DNA from: Candidatus Woesearchaeota archaeon | Lineage (GTDB): Archaea > Nanobdellota > Nanobdellia > Woesearchaeales > GW2011-AR9 | Assembly (NCBI GenBank): GCA_018696595.1 | Contig: JABHQW010000008.1 | Location: 128,001-192,000, forward strand | DNA length: 64,000 nt | Reading direction: 5' to 3' | Shown: positions 9,589-18,776 of the stretch, piece by piece | Layout of the letters: the number at the start of each line of letters is the position of its first letter | Numbering within the stretch: the first letter of the stretch is position 1 | The notes under the pieces: generated by a model | Databases searched by the model: none | Seen by the model: the letters and a program-made list of their open reading frames with translations, nothing else | Told to the model about the DNA's origin: nothing | Translations under genes and position numbers: made by a program

Positions 9589-10918
9589 CTTTCAAATTTT
9601 CTTTAAAATATTCTTTCTTCTCCTTAATCGCTACAGGAGCAGAACCGCCATGCCAAGTAAATCTAGGACGCATTTGTACAGGAAAAATTCTTTCATTAGC
9701 ATCATCAAAGATTACTGCTGCACCTTTAACTCTAGGAAGCATATCAATTTCATGTTCCAAACCTTGCCGCATATAACTTTGAGTTAACATCCCTAAAGCA
9801 TCAACATCCATCCTTGCAGTTAGACGATGAGCCAAAACAGTATCAGATTGAGTCATAACATCTGTATGGATCTTAGCGGGCTGTTGAGTTGCCAATATTA
9901 AAGAAATCCCTGGTTGCCTACCTTCTCTTAGAATCGTAATGAGAGCATCAGAAGCGGCAGTCTTACCATCATGAGGCAACAATTCATGTGCTTCATCAAT
10001 CGCAATCCAAACTAATGGTTCTTCCATTTTTTGTTCAACATCTTTAGAGAAGTAGTGCATTGCGGCATCTACTGTTTTAAATTCTTCAGTCTTTCTTGCT
10101 AACATTCTTTGATTGAATAAAGTTTTACTGATTAGTCCTACAACTAAAGCTTTAATTTCCCAACCGGAAGACATTGTTGCATAAGGAGAAACGTCTAAAA
10201 CTGTAACTTGACCACCTTGAACAATATCTTTCAGAGGTGTTCCTTCTTTAGAAAAAACACCCCATCCTTTAGCTTTCTCAAATTGGTTTGTAACAACATT
10301 TCTGACAACTTTTTCACTTTCTTCATCTGCTTTAACAAATTGCATAATTGCATCAATTTCATAACTTTCTCCTTTTTCTTTTAATTGGTGGGTTGCTTTT
10401 GTAATTAAAACTCCTTCGGCTGAATTTGGATTAAGAGCAAATGCTTTACACCAATCCTCGCTATCAACATCTAAAGGCCTAATTGAAAAAGGAAAATCTG
10501 TAGGGATGCCTTCATCTTTGTATTTGTAATAAAATCCTGAAGGAGTATAAATCTTAACATCTAACCCCTTGGGATCGAAATTCCATTTCTTAACTAAATC
10601 GGCATCTTGGAAATTTGGATACTTCATGGTCCAATAAATCCCCATCGTATCTAAAAGAACAATTGATAAGTTTTGTTTTATTTCTGGTTCTAAATCAGCA
10701 AGACCTTCTGCGATTGAACCCATAGTGTAAGATTTTCCACTCCCTCGTTTTCCAACGATAAAAACAACGTGAGCACTAGCCACATCTAGATAAACAGGAT
10801 TAGATAAAGAAGTGGTCTGACCCATCTTAACGTACTGTTTAGCTATAAGAACGGTTCCCCTTTTACCAAACTTCTCCACATTCTTTTTACTTCTTCCAAT
10901 AATAACATCAAACACCAT
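9581..10918 (-). CDS. HerA/DUF87-like P-loop ATPase
   Basis: Minus strand by direct reading; GKRGSGKS, LLDTMG, IDEAH, LREGRQPGISLILATQQP. Confidence 0.8.
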   Translation of the reverse strand: MVFDVIIGRSKKNVEKFGKRGTVLIAKQYVKMGQTTSLSNPVYLDVASAHVVFIVGKRGSGKSYTMGSIAEGLADLEPEIKQNLSIVLLDTMGIYWTMKYPNFQDADLVKKWNFDPKGLDVKIYTPSGFYYKYKDEGIPTDFPFSIRPLDVDSEDWCKAFALNPNSAEGVLITKATHQLKEKGESYEIDAIMQFVKADEESEKVVRNVVTNQFEKAKGWGVFSKEGTPLKDIVQGGQVTVLDVSPYATMSSGWEIKALVVGLISKTLFNQRMLARKTEEFKTVDAAMHYFSKDVEQKMEEPLVWIAIDEAHELLPHDGKTAASDALITILREGRQPGISLILATQQPAKIHTDVMTQSDTVLAHRLTARMDVDALGMLTQSYMRQGLEHEIDMLPRVKGAAVIFDDANERIFPVQMRPRFTWHGGSAPVAIKEKKEYFKENLKGL

Positions 10919-11000
10919 TACTTGGTTTAATCTAAGGGAGAATAAAAAGCTTGTGGTTAAAAGAGGAAATATTAAATAAACAAGAAAATAAAAGTTGTTT

Positions 11001-11555
11001 ATGACAATCCTCTCAATTATTGGAACTTCTGGAGTTGGAAAATCATTTTTAGTTAAACAACTAGCTGCAATAGAAGGCTTACCTGCTTTTTTTGAAGGAG
11101 AAGAAGGTACAATCCCTAAAGAAGTTTTAGAAAATGTCTTCTCTAAAAAAGATTCTATTCAGAGATATGATTGGTTTTTGAACCATTATAAAAAAATATT
11201 AGATAACGCAAGAAAAGTTTCTGATAATGGTTTAGATTGTTATACGGATTGTTCAGAAACATTAGCTAAAGCAATATTGACTGTAGAAAAAGCAGAAATT
11301 AAATTAAACTTACCAAAATCAGATAAAACTATTATTCTAACAGCATCAAAAGAAAAATTACAAGAACTAATTAACTTAAGAGCAAGAGATAGTGAAAATA
11401 ATGAAAAAGCTATTATTCGAGCTCTTAAAATTCAAGAACATCTAATTAAACTAGCGAGAAAAGAATCATTAATTATTATTGATAGATCAAATCTAGATTT
11501 CACAAAAGAAGAAGATTTAAAAAAAATATTAAAAAAAATAAAAAGTTTAAACTAA
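11001..11555 (+). CDS. P-loop nucleoside/nucleotide kinase-like protein
   Basis: IIGTSGVGKS near the N-terminus, 184 aa. Confidence 0.6.
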   Translation: MTILSIIGTSGVGKSFLVKQLAAIEGLPAFFEGEEGTIPKEVLENVFSKKDSIQRYDWFLNHYKKILDNARKVSDNGLDCYTDCSETLAKAILTVEKAEIKLNLPKSDKTIILTASKEKLQELINLRARDSENNEKAIIRALKIQEHLIKLARKESLIIIDRSNLDFTKEEDLKKILKKIKSLN

Positions 11556-12860
11556 CTTATCATCAGTTAAAATACTTACTTTCTGAGATTCTTTAACTTT
11601 GGAACTAGTTCCAACTAAATACTTAACTCCAAGTTTCTCGGCAACTCTAACTAAGTCAACATCAACCGCACCATCCAAAATTAAAGCGTGAACTCCTCCA
11701 TTTAAACTTTTTACAGTACTAGTTAGCTCACTTAAAGGGACTTTACCCAAGATGTTTAATTTATCATCAAAGATGCAAGCACCCCTTGTTCCAAACAAAT
11801 CATCAAGAGTTTCTTTAAATTTAGATTTCTCTTCTGCAGATAATTTTACTTCTTTCCGAACAGTTCTTTGCGGAGCTGAATGACTTTGAGATCTTTGAAA
11901 TCTAGACTCTGGTTTCTTATATTCAGGTCTTCGTTGAGCTGGTCTTTGAGTTTGTTCTCTTCTTCCAGTATGTCCTAAATGATTGCCTCTTGAAACTGGT
12001 TCTTCTTTCAAAGCCCCAGTATCATCAATTCCAAGATCTAATTTAGCTTGTTCAGCAGTTATTTTACCACGTAAAGCTTTATGGATCTCTTTCTTAGTAA
12101 TTTCTTCAACTTCTTTTCCATCTGGTGCTTTACATACAGAATCAATATCTGCTACGCTTAATAATTCCCGAATAATCAAGTTTCCACCACGATCACCATC
12201 AACAAAAACAGTAGTGTTTTTCTTTTTGGTTAATTCTTTAATGGTTTCTGGACAAGAAGTTCCGTTCATTGCAATTGCATTCTTAAATCCATGCTTAAGT
12301 AAGTTTAAGACATCTGCTCTACCTTCAACGATAATAATGTCATCACTTTCTTCTATTGCTGGTCCTGCTGCAAGCTTTTCTCTACCATAATCAGTAACTT
12401 CCATCATTCTTACAGATTTAGAAACTTCATCAGCAAGTTCTTGTGAATCTGGAAGAGTGTTATCAGTTAAGTCTTTTAGTAATTCTTTCGCTCTGTCAAT
12501 CACAAACTGCCTCTTACTAATCCGAACATCTTCAACTTTACCAACTGTAACTTTAGCATTACAAGGACCAATTCTTTGAATAATCTCCAATGCTGCACCA
12601 ACAATTGCAGTTTCAGTTTTATCTAAGCTACTTGGAATAATAATTTCTCCCTTAGTTTTTCCAGAACTTGTGGAAACATTAACTTCAATTCTACCAATTC
12701 TTCCACTTCTTTGTAATTCTCTTAACTCTAAATCATTTCCCAACAATCCTTCAGTTTGTCCGAAAATTGCCCCAATTACATCAGGACGATCTACAACACC
12801 CTCAATTAAAATTGTTGAATGAATAATGTATTTTGCCGCTACTGGGCTTATTTTTGCCAT
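11547..12860 (-). CDS. dnaG: archaeal DnaG-type primase (exosome-associated)
   Basis: GVVDRPDVIGAIFGQTEGLLG, TOPRIM IVEGRADV and FVDGDRGG. Confidence 0.95.
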   Translation of the reverse strand: MAKISPVAAKYIIHSTILIEGVVDRPDVIGAIFGQTEGLLGNDLELRELQRSGRIGRIEVNVSTSSGKTKGEIIIPSSLDKTETAIVGAALEIIQRIGPCNAKVTVGKVEDVRISKRQFVIDRAKELLKDLTDNTLPDSQELADEVSKSVRMMEVTDYGREKLAAGPAIEESDDIIIVEGRADVLNLLKHGFKNAIAMNGTSCPETIKELTKKKNTTVFVDGDRGGNLIIRELLSVADIDSVCKAPDGKEVEEITKKEIHKALRGKITAEQAKLDLGIDDTGALKEEPVSRGNHLGHTGRREQTQRPAQRRPEYKKPESRFQRSQSHSAPQRTVRKEVKLSAEEKSKFKETLDDLFGTRGACIFDDKLNILGKVPLSELTSTVKSLNGGVHALILDGAVDVDLVRVAEKLGVKYLVGTSSKVKESQKVSILTDDKLV

Positions 12861-13101
12861 TTTTTATTCCTCCGAATAGTACTTTAGAAATAGCGCTTTA
12901 ACAAATCGTCAATGATCAAATTTTGATTCTTTTGTACTAAAATTATTATTGATTGATTGAACATGATAAGCACCCTTCCAAAGTGTTTTTATTTTTATAC
13001 TAGAAAAAATGTCACTAAATCTCATTACTTGAGGTTACTAAATTAATTGTTATATGTTTAATTATATAGCGAATAGTGAGTTGGATTTTCTAGTTTTCTA
13101 T

Positions 13102-13184
13102 GATTATGAAGCCCGCTTCACTAACTCCCAAGTTCAAAGCTTGCATTTAGCGTAAGCTCCCCAGGGTACTCTCGTGACGGGCTT
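13102..13184 (-). ncRNA. candidate K-turn hairpin sRNA (H/ACA-like)
   Basis: Stems AAGCCCG/CGGGCUU and UCAC/GUGA, pocket, canonical K-turn (UUU bulge, GA/AG/AG); TTTATATA at 13214-13207 on minus puts +1 near 13184. Confidence 0.6.
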
Positions 13185-13500
13185 AGTTTTCTAGGTGTGC
13201 TTATAATATATAAATGATTCGGTCTGAAAATCAGATTTTAAAAAAAGAAGCAAATTTAAGCTTAATTTACCGAATTCAGACAGTATTTAAGAAGGATTAA
13301 AAACCCCAGTAAAACCGGATTCATCATCCAGCATTACAAGGGTAAAAGAGGTGGTTTTGAGGTGTTTATTACTCTTAAATGACAACTAATATATAAGGTT
13401 TTTGGTTGTTTGTCACTAAGGAGTGGTTTAATTGTCTGAACTTGAACCATTATGTTTGAAGCCAATTAAGCTTTTAATTCAAAAACAAACTATTTAAGAC

Positions 13501-15891
13501 ATGCTTTCACAATTCTTCATTACACATGTAGAACCCCTACATTTACAAAAAGGCAAAGAAGCATTGTTTTATGTTAGAGAACAAGATTTATCTACAGGAA
13601 GAGGTAAATCCCATATTAGAATAAAAGAAGTCCCACATTATTTCTTTACTCGCAATATGCCAAACGACCAATTAGCTGGACACATTCTTAAGTTTGGACA
13701 ACAACCTGATTTAGAACATTTAGTTATGGAACAACATCGTATTAGTAGCAATTGGTCTTTCTTAAGAACAGAGGGATGTAAAGAAGATAGAAAAGTTTTA
13801 CCTCATCCCTTTGTTTGTAGAAAAGATTCTAAAGATAAAAGAGACCCATCAGGAAATAGTTCTCCCTCAAAATTATTAAGATGGCTTTATCCACCAATGA
13901 TGTTAATACCTTCGCCAGATGAAATACCTCTCCCTTTAGAAATTATGGGTTTTGACTTTAATTATCAATTTGCAGGTTTAGAGCACGTAATTAATGATTT
14001 AATGGCCATTGCAGATATTGAAGTTCGAGATTGGCAAATTGGAAAAGATAGTATCTTTCAAATGGTTTATATTTCTCCGCTAAGTCAAATTATCTTTCAT
14101 GACCTACCTTTTAATGATCGTGAGCAAGAAGGATTTAGACTAATAAGATATCCCACGCAAAAAGAATTAGGGCAACTGACAACCCAATTAATTGCTCAAG
14201 AAGACCCCGTTTGTTTAGCGGGTCACAATTTAATGAATTATGACCAACTACAGCTTAGAAATATTACTCAAGCATATTTTCCTGCAACCAATGAATATCA
14301 TCCTGTTACTAAATCTGCACAAGGATTTGGTAGAGTTTTAACAAAAGGAAGATTTACGATTGATACTTATGGATATTTCTTCAATTGGTTAAATTTGTAT
14401 GTTAACAATAAAATTGAAACAATTCAAGAGTTTTCTAAATCAATTGGTTATGACGAACAAGCTGCTTTACTTAGAAGAGCAGAGCAAGGAGACAAAGAAG
14501 CATTTAGAAAATTAACCCATTATTGTATTGAAGATGGTAAAATCACTTGGGATTTGCTGCAGAAAGTTAAAGAGACCGTTTTTGATAAATCTTTAGCATT
14601 AAGAACTTCTCCGGACAAAATCAGTTCATCTGGTAGAAACTCTTTGGGGAGAGAAGATTGGAAAAGAAAATATTTTTTATTTCATGGTAATTATGAAGAA
14701 GGTTGGAGAAGAAGAGCAAAAAGGGCAAAGAAAGGTTTTTCAGTAGAAAAAGTAAAAAACAGATACCTACCAATAACAAAGTTCCCAGAGTTAGTTGATT
14801 TTCATCAAGGAATGTTTGAAAATGCCCACATTGTTTATTTTACTCCTTTTGTTTCTGCTTGTTCAGAAGAAATAGAAATGTTATTTCCAGAATTGTTAAA
14901 CAAAATTAGAGTTTCTCAAGACCCTTTAGAAAAATTTGATTGGTTACAAGTTCTTAATGCCAAGTTAAGTTATGTTGTTGAAGAAATAGTTGATGTTTTA
15001 GATCAGCAAGAAGGAGATCTTTTTCAAAGAACAGAATGGATAGAAAAAGATCAATATTGGCAATTATCTAATTTTTTAAAGGACCACCATTTTGGGCTTT
15101 CTGGAGCTGTAGACTTAGTTAATAAATTTGTTGGAGCTTTAGAAAAAACCAGAGAATTTTTAGCAGATCCGAAAGTAGATATTATTAATCGAGGAAATTA
15201 TTTTTATTTTCTTACTGGGGCGGTAGATTTAAACAAACTTAGAGAACAAGAACTGGGAATACATATGGGACAAGGACAAGTGTTGTCATTAGGAAAAGAA
15301 AGAACTGTTTCCAACCCATTTGGAACAGATAATATTGACAGATTAATTTATCAAGGATATAAACCCTACCTTGGAACAAAATTTGTTTTTGAAAAAGAAG
15401 TATTAAGAGATGTTTTAACAATGTTTTTTGGTAAAGAAGATCCCAAAATTATTCACAGTTATTTGAGTCATGTTTTAGATAAAGTTCAATCCGGCAATTT
15501 ACCAAGAGAGGCATACTTTGTTCCAAAAAAAACAAGAACTTACTTTAAAGGACTATTTAACCAAGCAGTTGAAAGAAGTGAAAGAGATAAAGAGTTAAAA
15601 GACAGGTACGCTCAACTAAAAAGAAGAATCAAAGATCGAATGTCAAATGACACAGCCAGAGAATTAACTGGATTTACTGAACAATGCCAGGATTGGTATT
15701 GTCATCCTTTCCTAGAAGAATGTTTAGAAGGCATCTTAAGCCCTTATCCACCAACAACAAACCTGGTTTATGTTAAAGATTCTCAAGGGATATTACTCCC
15801 AGAATCAATGACTGATAGTTTAGATTTAGAATTTTACCATGACAAATTAAAAGAGTCATTAAGACCTTTTATTGATATTATTAATTCTTAA
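13501..15891 (+). CDS. divergent family B DNA polymerase-like protein; 3'-5' exonuclease motifs retained, polymerase motifs not recognisable
   Basis: ExoI ADIE, ExoII GHNLMNYD, ExoIII YCIED; no DxxSLYP or YGDTD; C-terminal LDLEFY resembles the PolB thumb end. Confidence 0.6.
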   Translation: MLSQFFITHVEPLHLQKGKEALFYVREQDLSTGRGKSHIRIKEVPHYFFTRNMPNDQLAGHILKFGQQPDLEHLVMEQHRISSNWSFLRTEGCKEDRKVLPHPFVCRKDSKDKRDPSGNSSPSKLLRWLYPPMMLIPSPDEIPLPLEIMGFDFNYQFAGLEHVINDLMAIADIEVRDWQIGKDSIFQMVYISPLSQIIFHDLPFNDREQEGFRLIRYPTQKELGQLTTQLIAQEDPVCLAGHNLMNYDQLQLRNITQAYFPATNEYHPVTKSAQGFGRVLTKGRFTIDTYGYFFNWLNLYVNNKIETIQEFSKSIGYDEQAALLRRAEQGDKEAFRKLTHYCIEDGKITWDLLQKVKETVFDKSLALRTSPDKISSSGRNSLGREDWKRKYFLFHGNYEEGWRRRAKRAKKGFSVEKVKNRYLPITKFPELVDFHQGMFENAHIVYFTPFVSACSEEIEMLFPELLNKIRVSQDPLEKFDWLQVLNAKLSYVVEEIVDVLDQQEGDLFQRTEWIEKDQYWQLSNFLKDHHFGLSGAVDLVNKFVGALEKTREFLADPKVDIINRGNYFYFLTGAVDLNKLREQELGIHMGQGQVLSLGKERTVSNPFGTDNIDRLIYQGYKPYLGTKFVFEKEVLRDVLTMFFGKEDPKIIHSYLSHVLDKVQSGNLPREAYFVPKKTRTYFKGLFNQAVERSERDKELKDRYAQLKRRIKDRMSNDTARELTGFTEQCQDWYCHPFLEECLEGILSPYPPTTNLVYVKDSQGILLPESMTDSLDLEFYHDKLKESLRPFIDIINS

Positions 15892-15930
15892 TCCAAACAT
15901 ATTTAAAAAAGAAGAGCATTTCTTATCTTA

Positions 15931-16635
15931 ATGGTTACCAGAACATCTCAAGAAAGATTTAGGACAGATAAAGGAGTCTTTGACGCATTTACTAAAAGAA
16001 ACCTATTTGAGTTACAAAGTAGAGGATTTTACGATGAAATGGTTGGTCCTCTTTTTGTTGGTAAAGAAAGTAATGTGTTCATTGCAAAAAGTAAAAGTAA
16101 GAAAGTAATCATTAAGATCTATCGCGTTCAAAATGCTGATTTTAAAAGAATGTTTCAATATATCAAACAAGACCCACGTTATGATTTTCTTAAAAATAAG
16201 CGCAGAGAAATTATTTTTTCTTGGACACAACGAGAATATAAAAACTTGATAAAAGCAGAAAGAGGAAAAGTTAAGGTTCCAAAAACAATTGTTTGGAAGT
16301 ATAACATTCTAATTGAAGAATTTATTGGTGATGAAAAACCAGCACCACCATTAAAAGATTTGTATCCTGAAGACCCAGAAAAGTTCTTTAAAGAAATTGT
16401 TAAAGAAATGAGAAAGTTGTATAAGATTGGTCTTGTTCATGGAGACTTGTCTGCGTTTAATATTTTAAATTATAACGATAAACCAGTATTAATTGACTTT
16501 TCACAATCAACTTTAGTTAAAACACCAAACTCAGAAGAATTACTTTTGCGAGATGTGAAGAATGTCTTGCAATTTTTTAAAAAATTAGGAATTAAAGCAG
16601 AAATTGAAGAAATAGTGGAAAAGATTAAAAAGTAA
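15931..16635 (+). CDS. rio1: RIO1 kinase
   Basis: GKESNVF, IKIYR, EYKNL, LVHGDLSAFNIL, IDFSQS. Confidence 0.92.
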   Translation: MVTRTSQERFRTDKGVFDAFTKRNLFELQSRGFYDEMVGPLFVGKESNVFIAKSKSKKVIIKIYRVQNADFKRMFQYIKQDPRYDFLKNKRREIIFSWTQREYKNLIKAERGKVKVPKTIVWKYNILIEEFIGDEKPAPPLKDLYPEDPEKFFKEIVKEMRKLYKIGLVHGDLSAFNILNYNDKPVLIDFSQSTLVKTPNSEELLLRDVKNVLQFFKKLGIKAEIEEIVEKIKK

Positions 16636-16655
16636 AGCCCAGAAAACTAATAACA

Positions 16656-17213
16656 ATGGAAGAAAACCAAGAACCTATTGAAACCGGAGACGAATTCTCC
16701 TATGAACTAAAAATCCCTGAAGAAAGGATCGGAGCACTTATTGGAACAGATGGAGAAACTAAAAAACAAATTGAAGAACAAGCGGGTTGCCAATTAGATA
16801 TTTCTAAAGAAGGAGATGTAACAGTTACGGGAAATGATGGAATTAAGTTATATACTGTCAGAGAAATTGTTAAAGCAGTTGGTCGCGGATTTAATCCAGA
16901 TATTGCTTTATTGTTATTAAAACCAGACTACACTCTTGAATTAATTGAATTAAAAGATATTGCCGGAAAAAGTAAAAATACCATGCTTCGATTGAAAGGA
17001 AGAATTATTGGTAAAGGTGGAAAGTCTCGGGAAGAGATTGAAAGATTAACAAACACTTACATTTCTGTTTATGGTAAAACTGTTGGTATTATCGGCGAAG
17101 TTTCTTGGACTGCTTTAGCTCGACAAGCTGTTGGCATGTTACTTGATGGTTCAATGCATCGAACAGTTTACAGATTCTTAGAAAAGAAAAAGAAAGAAAT
17201 GATGTTTGGGTAA
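16656..17213 (+). CDS. KH-domain ribosome biogenesis protein (Dim2/Pno1)
   Basis: IGALIG, AVGRGF, RLKGRIIGKGG, GSMHRTVY. Confidence 0.9.
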   Translation: MEENQEPIETGDEFSYELKIPEERIGALIGTDGETKKQIEEQAGCQLDISKEGDVTVTGNDGIKLYTVREIVKAVGRGFNPDIALLLLKPDYTLELIELKDIAGKSKNTMLRLKGRIIGKGGKSREEIERLTNTYISVYGKTVGIIGEVSWTALARQAVGMLLDGSMHRTVYRFLEKKKKEMMFG

Positions 17214-17241
17214 AGAATTAAAATAATTTATTTTTAGAGTA

Positions 17242-18675
17242 TTAACGACGACTTTTTACAGATTTCTCAGATGACAAAGGTGAACATTCCCAATCTTTAG
17301 AACTACAAATTAACCCATCTTCAAACCTACAGGCTTCTTTTTCACTAGGGTTGCAACATTTTCCCCCTAAAGGGCCAACTTTATTGCCTTCATAACAATC
17401 AAGATCCTGACAATCTATTAAGCCATCATCATCATTATCCTCTTTATCATAACATTCGTACCAATGTTCTTTTGTACCACAATCCCCATTACCTTCACAA
17501 TCTTCGTCTGCACAATCAATTAGTTTATCATCATCATTATCTTTACTATCATCACATAATTCTCCTTGAGTAAATGATACTTTATCTTCACAACTTTTAG
17601 TAGTTTCATCCCAATTACAAACTTGATTTGTTTTCTTATCTAAATAAGCGCTTCCGCAATCTTCTTGATTTAACATACATTCACAATCTTTACAGGCAAC
17701 TTTAAGAACCATCTTTTGAATTGTTTCTTTCAACTTATCACAATCATCAAGACCTTTATGATTAACACCATTACAAGTAGGAACAGTCTCAATTTTTTCA
17801 CTTTGAGCTACGTCCCATGTTTCTTTATTCACATCAACGTGAATGTCCATTGGAACTTCTGAATCACCTTTAAAATAACCGACAACACCAGTGTGATCAT
17901 CCTGCATAGTTTGATGAAATACCAATAAATTTTTAACGTTATCTTTAAATTCCAATCCTTCTGAGATGCCACCAGCAAAACCTTCAGATTTAAGACAGCT
18001 CATGTCTACGCCAACAAAATATTCGATATCTTTATTCTTTAATTTGTTACTCTTGGCTGCTTTAGTACCAGAAACCGCATGTTGTAACTTACAACCACCC
18101 ATGCTTTTTCCAATTAAGAAAATTTTTGTGGGTTTACCACTTTTTTCTTTCATTTCTTCAGCTAATTCAGCAATATTATCAGATAAGATTCCCGAATTGG
18201 TATGAACCCCAGCATAACTTGAAATACAATAGATATTGTCATATGTTGGAAGATTGGGGTTCCCATTTTTATAAAAAAAGTCCTCACAGAACCACTTAAA
18301 AATACTTTTACCGCCCCCATACGAAGTAGAAGCTCCACCTAATGCAACTACTAAAATATTTTGTTCATTAGTAGGTTTTGGACGGTGATTCCAATAATGA
18401 TTTATGGTACCTCTTTTCTCACAAGCATGCCAATTTTCCCCATAACCATTCCAATGTTTCATCCCAGTATAATCTTCACCACAATTATATATGGTAGAAC
18501 AATGACTACAATGAGATTCTTGGTTACACCATTCATTACAAATTTTTTTATTTTCTAAACCCGCATCAATCCAAGAACCCATACCCACCAAGTTTTTATT
18601 AACCATTACAATTAATATTGTTAAAGCTAAAATAGAAATAATAATTGTAATAACAATCCTCTTCTTTTCATCCAT
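17242..18675 (-). CDS. membrane-anchored or secreted Cys-rich protein with alpha/beta-hydrolase-like domain
   Basis: N-terminal TM; GKSMGG nucleophile-elbow-like motif; two DNDDDxLIDCxDxDC repeats. Confidence 0.55.
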   Translation of the reverse strand: MDEKKRIVITIIISILALTILIVMVNKNLVGMGSWIDAGLENKKICNEWCNQESHCSHCSTIYNCGEDYTGMKHWNGYGENWHACEKRGTINHYWNHRPKPTNEQNILVVALGGASTSYGGGKSIFKWFCEDFFYKNGNPNLPTYDNIYCISSYAGVHTNSGILSDNIAELAEEMKEKSGKPTKIFLIGKSMGGCKLQHAVSGTKAAKSNKLKNKDIEYFVGVDMSCLKSEGFAGGISEGLEFKDNVKNLLVFHQTMQDDHTGVVGYFKGDSEVPMDIHVDVNKETWDVAQSEKIETVPTCNGVNHKGLDDCDKLKETIQKMVLKVACKDCECMLNQEDCGSAYLDKKTNQVCNWDETTKSCEDKVSFTQGELCDDSKDNDDDKLIDCADEDCEGNGDCGTKEHWYECYDKEDNDDDGLIDCQDLDCYEGNKVGPLGGKCCNPSEKEACRFEDGLICSSKDWECSPLSSEKSVKSRR

Positions 18676-18776
18676 ATTTCTGGGTAAATTAAACAGATTT
18701 ATAATGTTTTCTTAAATAAGATCTTTCTTCAACTTCACCAAAACTTTAATAAAACCTACCTTTTTCTCAACAATCA

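Noticed and set aside
12909-13025. 38-aa minus-strand ORF upstream of dnaG
   Set aside because: Short, no motif, no clear ribosome-binding site
13091-13193. MITE interpretation of the inverted repeat with 10-bp direct repeats
   Set aside because: The left repeat is 8 nt away from the inverted repeat, and the K-turn and promoter fit an RNA gene better; not fully excluded
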